This document shows, one piece after another, positions 17,510 through 26,761 of a DNA stretch of 64,000 nt. Under the pieces are notes generated by a model that did no database searches, was not told the origin of the DNA, and saw only the letters and a list, made by a program, of their open reading frames with translations. Numbering within the stretch: the first letter of the stretch is position 1; each line of letters begins with the position of its first letter. The position numbers and the translations under genes are program-made. The DNA lies in contig JACQQD010000003.1 in NCBI GenBank assembly GCA_016207165.1, positions 1 through 64,000 on the forward strand, read 5' to 3'. The stretch is from Candidatus Micrarchaeota archaeon. GTDB lineage: Archaea; Micrarchaeota; Micrarchaeia; Norongarragalinales; Norongarragalinaceae.

Positions 17510-17983
17510 ATGAAAACGGAGACGGCCACGTTTGCCGCCGGCTGCTTTTGGGGCGTGGAAGAATTGTACCGCACCACCCCCGGCGTTTTGTCCACGCAAG
17601 TGGGTTACACCGGGGGCCGCATGAAAAACCCGTCGTACCAGGACGTGTGCACGGATGAAACCGGGCACGCCGAAGCCGTCCAAATCACGTTTGACCCAAA
17701 GAAAGTGTCGTACGAGGCGTTGTTGGACGTGTTCTGGCGGGCGCACGACCCCACGCAAGTCAACCGCCAGGGGCTGAACTTCGGCAACCATTACCGCTCC
17801 GTCATCGGCTATCACTCGGAAAAACAGCGGAAAGTGGCCGAAGCCTCCAAAAAGAAGGAACAGAAACGCTTTGACAAGCCCATTGCCACCGCCATCCAGA
17901 AAGCAGGCGCGTTCTACCCCGCGGAAGAGTACCACCAAAAGTTCTTCATGAAGCGCAACGTGAAGTTTACTGGCGTGTGTTGA
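17510..17983 (+). CDS. msrA: Peptide methionine sulfoxide reductase A
   Basis: AGCFWG, GYTGG, HDPT, AEEYHQ. Confidence 0.97.
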   Translation: MKTETATFAAGCFWGVEELYRTTPGVLSTQVGYTGGRMKNPSYQDVCTDETGHAEAVQITFDPKKVSYEALLDVFWRAHDPTQVNRQGLNFGNHYRSVIGYHSEKQRKVAEASKKKEQKRFDKPIATAIQKAGAFYPAEEYHQKFFMKRNVKFTGVC

Positions 17984-18008
17984 CAACGCGGCCAAAGGAC
18001 GCACGCGC

Positions 18009-18968
18009 CTACTGGATTTCACCCACGAGTTCCTCAAGCAAGTCCTTCAACGTGACCACGCCGACGTATCCGCCGCGAACCCCGGTGACCACCGCCATGT
18101 TGACGCCCTTGGCTTGCATGAAGGAGAACGCTTCGCTGGCGGTTTTGTCCTGGGCAATGAGAACAGGCGGCCGCATGTGCTTGGACACGGGGTCCCGGGA
18201 GTGGTGCAGCACGGCGTGCGAGAGGCGCTTGAGCGTGATGACGCCCACGGGGTTGACTCCGGAAATGACGGGAAAGCGCGAGTGCGGGGATTGCAGCGCC
18301 TTGTGAAGCGCGACGTCCACGTGCAAGTCGGGGGTAAATACGTGGGTCTTGTTCTTGGGCGTCATGCAGTGGGAAACCGGTTTGTCGCTGAACAAGAACA
18401 CGTTTTCAATCAAGGCCCGCTCGTTCTCGCTGACGGCCTTGTCTTTGACGCCCAGGCGGGCGGCGGCCTTGATTTCCTCCTCCGTTACCACCACGCCGCC
18501 TCGCGAGTAAGAGCCCGGCACGATTTGGATGATCAATTCAAAAAAGAAAATCAGCGGGGTCAAGACGGTTTGAAGCACTTCCAAAACCGGGGCGAACGTC
18601 AACGCCATGGCTTGCGCCTGCGTGGAGGCCAACGCTTTCGGCGTGATTTCTCCGAAGACTAAAATCAGAAAGGTGATGACGCCGGCGGCCAAGCCCAGGC
18701 CGGCATCGCCGAACAATTCCAGGGCAACGGAGGCCGCCAAGACGGAGGCGCCTACGTTGACGACGTTGTTGCCGATGAGAATCGCGATAATGACGCGCTG
18801 GGGGTGGGTCTTCAAGCGGGCCAAGGCTTCGGCGCCCGGCCTTTTTTGGTCAAGCAACCGTTGCAGTTGGATGCGCGTCACGCTGAGGAACGCGACTTCC
18901 GAAGCTGAAAAGAACGCGGAAAGCGCGAGCAGTCCGACCACCGCCAAAAACTCGAAGAAAACCGCCAC
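18009..18968 (-). CDS. CNNM/DUF21 + CBS domain protein (CorB/hemolysin family)
   Basis: SAFFSASEVAF, ILIGNNVVN, FGEITPK, CBS pair, DLLEELVGEI. Confidence 0.92.
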   Translation of the reverse strand: MAVFFEFLAVVGLLALSAFFSASEVAFLSVTRIQLQRLLDQKRPGAEALARLKTHPQRVIIAILIGNNVVNVGASVLAASVALELFGDAGLGLAAGVITFLILVFGEITPKALASTQAQAMALTFAPVLEVLQTVLTPLIFFFELIIQIVPGSYSRGGVVVTEEEIKAAARLGVKDKAVSENERALIENVFLFSDKPVSHCMTPKNKTHVFTPDLHVDVALHKALQSPHSRFPVISGVNPVGVITLKRLSHAVLHHSRDPVSKHMRPPVLIAQDKTASEAFSFMQAKGVNMAVVTGVRGGYVGVVTLKDLLEELVGEIQ

Positions 18969-19103
18969 GATACGCTTCCTAGGAAAAAAGCGTACTTAAG
19001 GCTAGTCCCGAAAAAAAGTACGTTGATTGCCGTTCTAGGTGGGCGGTTTTAAACCCGGAAACCGGAGGCCTAATAACCCAAAATCATGGAGGGGGTCAAA
19101 AAA

Positions 19104-19373
19104 ATGGCATTTGGACAGGAAATCTACAACCTGTTTCCCAACGAGTTCTATCTCTTGGTGCACGTCGTCGCCTTGTTGCTGGGATTGTACCTGGCATCCA
19201 AAGTGATGAAGACACATGAAAAACTCAGTTGGTTCTTGGTGTTGTACGCCATCTCGGAAGCCGTGCACGTGTTGACGCACTTGGGCTACACGACGTTGCC
19301 GTTTTCGCACCTGGTGCAGGAAGTCCTGCTTTTGGTCGGCGTGCTCATGCTCTTGATGGGCATGAAAAAGTAA
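19104..19373 (+). CDS. Small 3-TM membrane protein
   Basis: Hydrophobic ORF with His residues; GGAGG upstream; TTTAAA promoter near 19048. Confidence 0.7.
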   Translation: MAFGQEIYNLFPNEFYLLVHVVALLLGLYLASKVMKTHEKLSWFLVLYAISEAVHVLTHLGYTTLPFSHLVQEVLLLVGVLMLLMGMKK

Positions 19374-19382
19374 GTTGAATTG

Positions 19383-19414
19383 TTTGGGGCGAAAGCCCCA
19401 AAACCCTTTTTTTT
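19383..19414 (+). terminator. Hairpin plus T-run between convergent genes
   Basis: TTTGGGGC-GAAA-GCCCCAAA followed by an 8-T run. Confidence 0.6.
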
Positions 19415-19498
19415 CCCTGCTTTTTCCCTTAACCGTTTTTTTGATGACCGCAAGGCTGTAGGCCTACGGATGGCCGCGCCGTTTTCCTGGAAAAGTCC

Positions 19499-20812
19499 TT
19501 AAGCCCGCGAGCGGCTTCTTCCTGGCAAGGGTCTTCGGCGGTCGCGTCCGTGGAGCTGGGGTCCGCGGCGGCGAGAGAAATGCGGGCCGTGGGAGTGGCG
19601 TCCAAATGGGCGTCCGCCAAAACGGTCGCGGCGTCCGCGCGCCTGCGGCGTGAGTTCGTCGTCGGGCCGCGAGCGCCGGGGGGTGAACGCCGTGTACTTG
19701 GGATCCACGTGGACGTCGAGGCGCTCAATGGTCGAGCGGCTGCGCGCCACCATTTTCTCCAATTCCCGTTTTTCCATGACGTTGGTGACAAAGGAAATGG
19801 CGTCGCCTTTTTTTCCGGCGCGGGCGGTTCGGCCGATGCGGTGGACGTAGACTTCCGGCTCGTCCGGCAAATTGTAGTTGACGATCAGCTCCACGTCGTC
19901 GATATCCAAGCCGCGGGCCGCCACGTCGGTGGCCACCAGGACGTTGGCCTTTTGCTCCCTGAAGGAGGCAATGTTTTTCTCGCGGCGGGCTTGCGTCAAG
20001 TCGCCGTGCAGGCACACGTTGTCAAAGCCTTTGTCCAACAACGCGTAGTGAAGCGAGTCGGCGCCCCGCTTGGTCCTGCAAAAGACGATGGACAGGTACG
20101 GCTTGCGTTCGGCCAGAAGCGAGCAAAGCGCGGACGTCTTCTGCTTGGGGTCCACGACGACAAAGTGCTGGGTGATGTTCTCCGCCGTCATCTTGTCCTC
20201 GCTGGTCTTGATCATTTCCGGCTGCACCATGGATTCCTTGGCCAATTGAACGATGGCGTGCGGCATGGTGGCCGAAAACAACATGGTTTGGCGGTGCTTG
20301 GGCGCCTTGCTTAAAATGAAGCGGACGTCGTCGATGAAACCCATGTCCAGCATCCGGTCCGCTTCGTCCAACACCACCATTTTGACGTGGCTCAAGTTGA
20401 GCGTCCCGCGTTCCAGATGGTCGATGATGCGGCCCGGCGTGCCCACCACCACGTCCACGCCGCCGTGCAGCGCCCCGATTTGGCGTTCGATGTCCTCGCC
20501 GCCGTACACGGACAATACCTGGTGCGGACAATATTTCCCAAGTTCACGGAATTCCTCGACTACCTGCAACGCCAATTCGCGCGTGGGCACCAAGACCAGG
20601 GCCTGGACTTTCTTCTCCGGGGCAATGACCTGCAGAATGGACAGCGCGAACGCGGCCGTCTTGCCGGTACCGGTTTGGGCTTGGCCGATGAGGTCTGAAC
20701 CCTGCAACAAAAGCGGGATGGCGTGCGCCTGAATCGGCGTGGCCTCGGTAAAACCGGCGTCAGCTACGGCTTTCAACAAATTCTCCCGCAATCGCAGGTC
20801 CTCAAATCGCAT
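19499..20812 (-). CDS. DEAD-box RNA helicase
   Basis: Q motif, AQTGTGKT, PTRELA, DEAD, SAT, HRIGRTARAG; Arg-rich tail; ATG 20812. Confidence 0.96.
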   Translation of the reverse strand: MRFEDLRLRENLLKAVADAGFTEATPIQAHAIPLLLQGSDLIGQAQTGTGKTAAFALSILQVIAPEKKVQALVLVPTRELALQVVEEFRELGKYCPHQVLSVYGGEDIERQIGALHGGVDVVVGTPGRIIDHLERGTLNLSHVKMVVLDEADRMLDMGFIDDVRFILSKAPKHRQTMLFSATMPHAIVQLAKESMVQPEMIKTSEDKMTAENITQHFVVVDPKQKTSALCSLLAERKPYLSIVFCRTKRGADSLHYALLDKGFDNVCLHGDLTQARREKNIASFREQKANVLVATDVAARGLDIDDVELIVNYNLPDEPEVYVHRIGRTARAGKKGDAISFVTNVMEKRELEKMVARSRSTIERLDVHVDPKYTAFTPRRSRPDDELTPQARGRRDRFGGRPFGRHSHGPHFSRRRGPQLHGRDRRRPLPGRSRSRA

Positions 20813-20983
20813 GGTCACTTCACTCCAAATACTCAAAGCGGCGCCCGGAAAAGGATTCCGGGGAACGCCGTCCAATTCAAAGCGTTTCCGCCTGAGGCGG
20901 AAAACTTGAAAAAACAGCGCTCGGCTTTTGGTTGATTGAAAGAAGGTGTGGAAACGCCAGCTTTAAAGGCTTCGCGTTGAAAC

Positions 20984-21766
20984 TCAGGCTCCACACGTCT
21001 CGGCGTGCACGTCGTAGCCTTCCGGCGGCTCGCATTTCTTGGACGGAATGCAGGCCTCGGCCGTAACGGAAGCAATTTCTTGGGATACGTCCGCGCCCGA
21101 CGGGCCAAACGAAATGAGGATTTGATCCAAGTCCTTGAAGGGGTACGCGCTTAAATCGGAAACGGATTGGTTGTTGAGGTAGAACTTGAGCGTGTCGGGC
21201 CCAAGTTTCAGCGTGTGGCTTGGATTTTGCGCGCAATGCATGGGCTCGCCGGCGGCGACCTGCAAGCAAGTCTGGTTCAAAAAGCCGCCGAACGTCTTGA
21301 ATAGATACGACAGGGCAACGCCAGAGGCATGCAGGTGCACGATGTTTGCGTTACCGTCGTGGAAGTGAATGAACTCGGTGAGGGGTTGCTCCACGCTGGA
21401 CTGGAAACGGTATTCCGAAAAGTTCACGGCCTGGCCCTGAACGTAGACTTTGATGTCGGCGTGCACGTGCTGGTTTTCTTCAAAAAAACCGGTTTCCCAA
21501 TTGAATCCCGGGGTCGTCAAGTAATAGCCGGACGCGGAAACAGCCAACAAAAAGCCAAGCGCCGCCAAAGCCGTCTTGCGCTTGGCAAGACTGTGCACCA
21601 TGAACACAAAGCCGATGGAGGCCGCCAACGCCAAAAGGGCAAACTGCCAGAACGGAATGGACAGTTCCCACAAGACGGGTCCGGCACAGGATGCCACCGC
21701 TTCGCCAGCTTCATCGTGGGCCGCGACCAAGCCGGCGAGAAAGACGGCGGAAAGAAAGCGCTTCAT
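20984..21766 (-). CDS. Hypothetical membrane protein with His-rich motifs
   Basis: Signal peptide (ATG 21766), TM helices, HVHAD and IHFHD..IVHLH motifs. Confidence 0.75.
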   Translation of the reverse strand: MKRFLSAVFLAGLVAAHDEAGEAVASCAGPVLWELSIPFWQFALLALAASIGFVFMVHSLAKRKTALAALGFLLAVSASGYYLTTPGFNWETGFFEENQHVHADIKVYVQGQAVNFSEYRFQSSVEQPLTEFIHFHDGNANIVHLHASGVALSYLFKTFGGFLNQTCLQVAAGEPMHCAQNPSHTLKLGPDTLKFYLNNQSVSDLSAYPFKDLDQILISFGPSGADVSQEIASVTAEACIPSKKCEPPEGYDVHAETCGA

Positions 21767-21826
21767 AGGGAAAAACCTTGAAGCAACCCCTCCTTTAAAA
21801 CAAGGGGGGTTTTGAATCAAGAAAGC

Positions 21827-22282
21827 ATGAAGCGCGCTCTGCTGGTTTTGCTGTCCCTTCTCTCGGTAACCGCCAGCGCACACTTGGAAGCCGGAATCGA
21901 CGAAGTCGTGGGACCCTACCAGTTGGATGTGGGTTGGGATCCGGTGGCTCCCAACGTCGGCGAAAAAACGGTGTTTGCCATCAACGTCGTTAACCCCAAA
22001 ACGCGCGATCCGGCGGCGTTGGACCGCATGTTCGTGCGGCTGGAAAAAGGAGAAACCGTCTATTTCTCCGGGAACTTGGACCTTCAAGATGGAGGCACGC
22101 AATTCTCGTACCAGTTCCCGCACACCGGCGTCTGGAACATGCACGTGGAGTTTGACGGCTACAAAGCGGATGCGGAAGTCTTCGTGCCCGGCGCCCCGCC
22201 TTCCAGTGAAAGCCTGGCGTGGGTTTTGGCCGCCGGGCTTGCGCTTTGTTGCGGATACTTGCTTTGGAAAAAAAAGAATTGA
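21827..22282 (+). CDS. Secreted, C-terminally anchored Ig-like protein (YtkA/CopC-like)
   Basis: Signal peptide ending ASAH, beta-rich domain with FPHTGVWNMHVEF, C-terminal TM plus KKK. Confidence 0.65.
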   Translation: MKRALLVLLSLLSVTASAHLEAGIDEVVGPYQLDVGWDPVAPNVGEKTVFAINVVNPKTRDPAALDRMFVRLEKGETVYFSGNLDLQDGGTQFSYQFPHTGVWNMHVEFDGYKADAEVFVPGAPPSSESLAWVLAAGLALCCGYLLWKKKN

Positions 22283-22322
22283 AAAAAGGAAAGAAACGCC
22301 CGAAAAAGGCGTTTTGAAGGGT

Positions 22323-22550
22323 TTAGTAGTCGCCGTCGTCGCCGCGGTCGCGGTGTCCGCCGCCATGGCCGCCGCGTCCGCCGCCAAAGCCTCCACCGCC
22401 GCTACGGGGCTTGCGGTGCTTGCGGAAGCAGTCCCGACAGTATACGGGCCGGCCTTCCGTGGGTTGGAACGGCACTTGGCAGGCCGCTCCGCACTCGCTG
22501 CAGGTCGCGTCATACAAGCTGCGACCGAATTGGTCTTGGTTGTCACTCAT
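22323..22550 (-). CDS. CxxC-x17-CxxC zinc-ribbon protein
   Basis: CSECG..CQVPFQP..GRPVYCRDCF plus Gly/Arg tail; AGGTGA SD. Confidence 0.92.
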   Translation of the reverse strand: MSDNQDQFGRSLYDATCSECGAACQVPFQPTEGRPVYCRDCFRKHRKPRSGGGGFGGGRGGHGGGHRDRGDDGDY

Positions 22551-22878
22551 TTTCTATCTCACCTATTTTCGAATAGAGGGAACGCAAAAACTCCTCAAAA
22601 AAAGCGGTTCGTTTCAATTCACTCAATTTTTGTGTGCTTGTCGTGACCGAAGGCTCTCGGTCCCCTATTCAATGTACTTAATCCGCCGAAACCGCCTTTT
22701 AAGGCTATGCTTTGGATAACACGGCACGGCGGGGCGTAGGGCGGCGCAAACCACGCCGCCCCCCTGCGCCGGTACATGCCGCGTGTTCCAGGTTCCGTCG
22801 GAAACACAAAACCCGGCCAGAACTTAAAAAGTCAGGGACAGGTGCTGGCCGGTGGAAACGGTTTTTAATTTCCGCCCC

Positions 22879-23589
22879 ATGCAGGACGTCATGACGGACC
22901 ACCCCGAATACCATTCCGTCTTGGGCCATGGCGGCATCCGCGACGTGATTTTGGGAGCCAACGACGGCTTCGTCTCCATGTTGGGCTTGGTCACCGGCGT
23001 GGCCAGCGGCACGTCGGAAAGCGGCTTCGTGGTGCTGGCTGGCATTGTTGGAGCGGTGGCGGCCGCCATTTCCATGGCGTTGGGCAACTACATTTCCGTG
23101 AAAAGCCAGATCGAAGTCTACGACGCGCAAATCGAGCAGGAAAAGACCGAGATGCGGCAAATGCCGGATGTCGAGCGACGGGAAGTCTGGGAAATCTATA
23201 AAAAGAAGGGCTTTCGGGGCAAGCAATTGGAGGGCATCGTCAAGCACTTGACTTCCAACAGGAAGCGGTGGCTCAACGTCATGCTTCAAGAAGAGTTGGG
23301 CATCCACGCGCAGGACTTGGGTCACCCCGTGCAAAGCGGCGTGCTGACGGGAGTGGCTTTTGCCGCGGCCGCCGCATTCCCCATTTTACCGTACGCGGCA
23401 TTGCCGGCAAGAACAGCGCTTTGGGTGTCCGTGGCGTTGACTTTGTTGGCCGTTTTTGCCACCGGCGCGCTCAAGACGCGGTTCACCAAGCGAACGTGGT
23501 GGATCAGTGGAATGGAAATGACGTTGATTGCCGGAATTGCCGCCGCCATCGGGTTTTTGGCGGGGGACATCGTTGCCGACGTGTTCTGA
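22879..23589 (+). CDS. VIT1/CCC1 family Fe/Mn transporter
   Basis: RDVILGANDG, AISMALGNYISVKSQ, EELG. Confidence 0.93.
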   Translation: MQDVMTDHPEYHSVLGHGGIRDVILGANDGFVSMLGLVTGVASGTSESGFVVLAGIVGAVAAAISMALGNYISVKSQIEVYDAQIEQEKTEMRQMPDVERREVWEIYKKKGFRGKQLEGIVKHLTSNRKRWLNVMLQEELGIHAQDLGHPVQSGVLTGVAFAAAAAFPILPYAALPARTALWVSVALTLLAVFATGALKTRFTKRTWWISGMEMTLIAGIAAAIGFLAGDIVADVF

Positions 23590-23671
23590 CCCTGGAAAAA
23601 AAGCTTTAAAGACCGGGTCTTCCAAAGATGGAAACCAGCTCCTAGAATGGTCTGAAAACAAGGTGGGTTCA

Positions 23672-23749
23672 ATGGTGGAATTGTTCAACGTGACTTTCGT
23701 CGCCGTGGTGGCGTTTGCCGCGGGGTACATGACGTCCAGCCTATTTTGA
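23672..23749 (+). CDS. Putative 25-aa single-TM microprotein
   Basis: MVELFNVTFVAVVAFAAGYMTSSLF*; AGGTGG SD; BRE/TATA-like box at ~23594-23610. Confidence 0.5.
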   Translation: MVELFNVTFVAVVAFAAGYMTSSLF

Positions 23750-23832
23750 GGATCCCCGGAAAAAAGCTTTAAAACCGTTTGACCCCACACTTACGACCAC
23801 GCAAAAACCGTTTTTTTGGGTTGGTTGGCTTT

Positions 23833-25056
23833 ATGGTTGAGTCGTTTGACGTCATCGTCGTGGGTGGAGGCCCGGGGGGCTCCGCGTGCGCGACGTTTCT
23901 GGGCAAAGCCGGAAAAAAAGTATTGTTGTTGGAAAAAGCCAGGTTCCCGCGCGACAAGACGTGCGGCGACGCGATTTCAGGCAAATCCATGCGCGTGCTT
24001 AGGGAACTGGGCTTGACCATGGAAATCGAGCGCAACCCCCATGCCGTCATCCGGGGCGTCATCTTTTCCTCGCCGAACGGAAAAACGGTCCACATCCCTT
24101 TTCCGCAGAAGCCCGACCAATCCGCGCCCGGATACTGTTGCCGGCGCGAAGTCTTTGACAACATCGTATTCCAGAACGCCAAAAAGTTTGCCGATGTCCG
24201 CGAAAAAATCATGGTCACCGACGTCATCCGGGAAAACGGGTTCGTCGTGGGCGTCAACGCCAAAGACTTGGACGGCAAAAAAGACGTCGAATTCCGCGCC
24301 AAAGTCGTGGTGGGCGCCGACGGATCGCAAAGCGTGATGGCCAACAAGCTGGGACTGCTTGACACGCCCGACGAACACCATTGCACGGCGCTTCGCATCT
24401 ACTACCAGAACGTCCGCGATTTGACCGACAGCATTGAACTGCATTTCGTCGACAGCGTCATGCCCGGCTACTTCTGGATTTTTCCGCTGGAAAACGGCTT
24501 GGCCAACGTCGGCATCGGCATGATCACCAAGGACATGAAGGAGCACAAGACGAACCTCAAGCAAGTCACCTTTGACGCCATCGCCAACGATCCGTTGTTC
24601 AAAAAACGATTCCAAGGCGCGCAAGCCGTCGGGCCCGTCATGGGATGGACCCTGCCGTTTGGGTCGCACCACCGCAAATGCTTCGGCAACGGATTCGTCC
24701 TTGTAGGCGACGCCGCGTCGCTGATTGATCCGTTTACCGGTGAAGGCATCGGCAACGCCATGACGTCGGGTTGGATTGCCTCGCAAGTCATCGCCGACGG
24801 CTTGAAGCAAAACGACGTGTCGGAATCCTTCTTGAGGCAATACGACGAGAAGCTTTGGAGCGAAATCGGTGCGGAACTGGACACGTCCTACAAATTGCAG
24901 CGCGTCGGGCGGTTCAAGCCCCTGCTGAACTTCGTCGTCGGAAAAGCCGCGAAAAGCCCGAAAGTGCGGGAAACCATTTCCAGCATGCTGGGCAGCGAAC
25001 AAGCCAAAAAAGAATTCACGGGACCGCTTTTTTACCTCAAGCTCATGCTGAGCTAA
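23833..25056 (+). CDS. Geranylgeranyl reductase family FAD oxidoreductase
   Basis: GGGPGG, FPRDKTCGD, GADG, GYFWIFP, VGDAA..DPFTGEGI. Confidence 0.93.
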   Translation: MVESFDVIVVGGGPGGSACATFLGKAGKKVLLLEKARFPRDKTCGDAISGKSMRVLRELGLTMEIERNPHAVIRGVIFSSPNGKTVHIPFPQKPDQSAPGYCCRREVFDNIVFQNAKKFADVREKIMVTDVIRENGFVVGVNAKDLDGKKDVEFRAKVVVGADGSQSVMANKLGLLDTPDEHHCTALRIYYQNVRDLTDSIELHFVDSVMPGYFWIFPLENGLANVGIGMITKDMKEHKTNLKQVTFDAIANDPLFKKRFQGAQAVGPVMGWTLPFGSHHRKCFGNGFVLVGDAASLIDPFTGEGIGNAMTSGWIASQVIADGLKQNDVSESFLRQYDEKLWSEIGAELDTSYKLQRVGRFKPLLNFVVGKAAKSPKVRETISSMLGSEQAKKEFTGPLFYLKLMLS

Positions 25057-25193
25057 ACACGCACGCGGCCCCCCACCCCAAACCGTTTTTTGATTTTTAA
25101 TCTTTTGGATGTACCCGAGCCAAAACGCATGGCTTAAAAGCCGTGACGAGAACGACTATCAACTCCTTTACGTAAAGGGGGGTGACGCAGACG

Positions 25194-25307
25194 ATGCCCA
25201 AACCCAAGCGCGAAACCGAGGAAGAGTGGGAAGACGACGAAGAGGACGAAGACGAATTCGAGGACGAAAACGACGACGAAGACGTCGACGACGATGACTC
25301 CGAATAA
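25194..25307 (+). CDS. 37-aa hyperacidic microprotein
   Basis: MPKPKRETEEEWEDDEEDEDEFEDENDDEDVDDDDSE*; GGGGTGA SD; T-rich terminator downstream. Confidence 0.7.
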   Translation: MPKPKRETEEEWEDDEEDEDEFEDENDDEDVDDDDSE

Positions 25308-25358
25308 GCCCTGATTCACGCTTCAAAATCGTTTCTTTTTTCTTTCCCTTTTTTTCCT

Positions 25359-25907
25359 TCAACGAATCAAACTGAAAAATTCGGCTCTCGTTTCCGGACG
25401 GCTCCGGAACGCTCCTCTCACGCACGACGTGACGGTGGTGCCCGGCTTGGCCTGCTCTCCGGAAAGCTCCATGCACAAGTGCCTCGCCTCCAGTACAACC
25501 CCCACCCCCTTGGGTTTCAGCGTTTGCTCCAATGCGTCGGCGATTTGGTCGGTTAAGCGTTCCTGGACTTGAAGCCTTCGGGCGTACAAGTGCACGACAT
25601 CGGAAATCCGGCTGAGGCCCATGACGCGCCCGTCGGGAATGTACGCCACGTGGCACTGGCCGAAAAACGGCAGCAAGTGGTGCTCGCACAACGAATAGAA
25701 CGGCACGCCTTTCAGCAGAATCAAGTCGTTGTTCTTCTCTTCAAAGACCGAATCGCCAACCACGTCCTGAAGCGTCTTTTGGTAGCCTTCCGTCAGCGCT
25801 TCAAAGACGTTCGCCGCCCGCGCCGGGGTTTTTTCCAAACCCGTGCGCTTTGGATCTTCGCCCAATTCCAAAAGCAACCGTGAAAAAACGGCTTGCAAAT
25901 CCGCCAT
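25359..25907 (-). CDS. folE: GTP cyclohydrolase IA
   Basis: TPAR, SLCEHHLLPF, GLS, RLQVQERLT, HLCM. Confidence 0.96.
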   Translation of the reverse strand: MADLQAVFSRLLLELGEDPKRTGLEKTPARAANVFEALTEGYQKTLQDVVGDSVFEEKNNDLILLKGVPFYSLCEHHLLPFFGQCHVAYIPDGRVMGLSRISDVVHLYARRLQVQERLTDQIADALEQTLKPKGVGVVLEARHLCMELSGEQAKPGTTVTSCVRGAFRSRPETRAEFFSLIR

Positions 25908-26026
25908 GACAAAACAGGTGGCATAACAAAGTTAAAGGGTTTTGGACGCTCCCAGCAAGAAAAACAAAGTTTAAATGGTGAGAGTCGAGTAAAAACTGGA
26001 AAACCATTTTCAAGGGGTAGGTTTCT

Positions 26027-26710
26027 TTGAGGGACGTTCAAGCGTATTTCGCGGAATTCTTCGCCACATTCGCGCTGGTGTTCATCGGTGCCGGCGCCGT
26101 CATCATGGACACCTTAAGCGGAGGGGCCCTGGGACTGCTGGGCGTCGCCCTGGCGCACGGATTGGTGCTGATGACCATGGTTTACGCGGTGGGCCACGTC
26201 TCCGGCGGCCACGCCAACCCGGCGGTCACCGCCGCCATGTGGGTGACCAGGAAAATCGAGTCCAAGAAAGCGTTGTTTTACGTCATCGCCCAGCTTCTGG
26301 GCGCCAGCTTGGCCGGATTGTTTTTGCTGGGACTGTTTCCAGCCGCCACGGCGAACCTCGGCGTGCCGGACTTGGGCGCCAACGTCAACTTCCTGCAAGG
26401 CATCGCCGTTGAAGCCATACTGACGTTCTTTTTGGTGTTCGTCGTCTTCGGCGTGGCCGTGGATTCCCGCGCCCCCAACCAAGTGTACGGCGCCGCCATC
26501 GGGCTGGTGCTCACATTCGACATCCTGTTTGGCGGCCTGCTTACCGGCGCGGCCATGAACCCGGCGCGCGCCTTCGGCCCCGCCTTGGCTTCAGGCTATT
26601 GGGCCACGCAATTCGTGTACTGGATTGGGCCCTTGGTGGGAGCCATTGTCGCCGGACTGGCGTACCACTACCTCTTGTTGGACCACAAAACCCTCAAGAA
26701 AATGCGTTGA
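26027..26710 (+). CDS. Aquaporin/MIP channel
   Basis: Two NPA motifs (SGGHANPAVT, AMNPARAFGPA). Confidence 0.96.
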   Translation: MRDVQAYFAEFFATFALVFIGAGAVIMDTLSGGALGLLGVALAHGLVLMTMVYAVGHVSGGHANPAVTAAMWVTRKIESKKALFYVIAQLLGASLAGLFLLGLFPAATANLGVPDLGANVNFLQGIAVEAILTFFLVFVVFGVAVDSRAPNQVYGAAIGLVLTFDILFGGLLTGAAMNPARAFGPALASGYWATQFVYWIGPLVGAIVAGLAYHYLLLDHKTLKKMR

Positions 26711-26761
26711 AACCCGTTTGGGTCTTTGGGCCTCCCCTGCTTTTTTTGCCCGGAACAGCCA

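Noticed and set aside
20984-22546. 520-aa ORF-track call
   Set aside because: The N-terminal half overlaps two better-supported genes; the real start is ATG 21766
22785-22825. SRP RNA helix 8 (CCAGGTTCCGTCGGAAAC)
   Set aside because: Lacks the GNRA tetraloop and the AGCA motif; no Alu-like domain visible
25359-25907. folE as partner of the TGT-like island gene (dpd-type 7-deazaguanine cluster)
   Set aside because: It lies 21 kb away among housekeeping genes, and no queC/queD/queE are in the window
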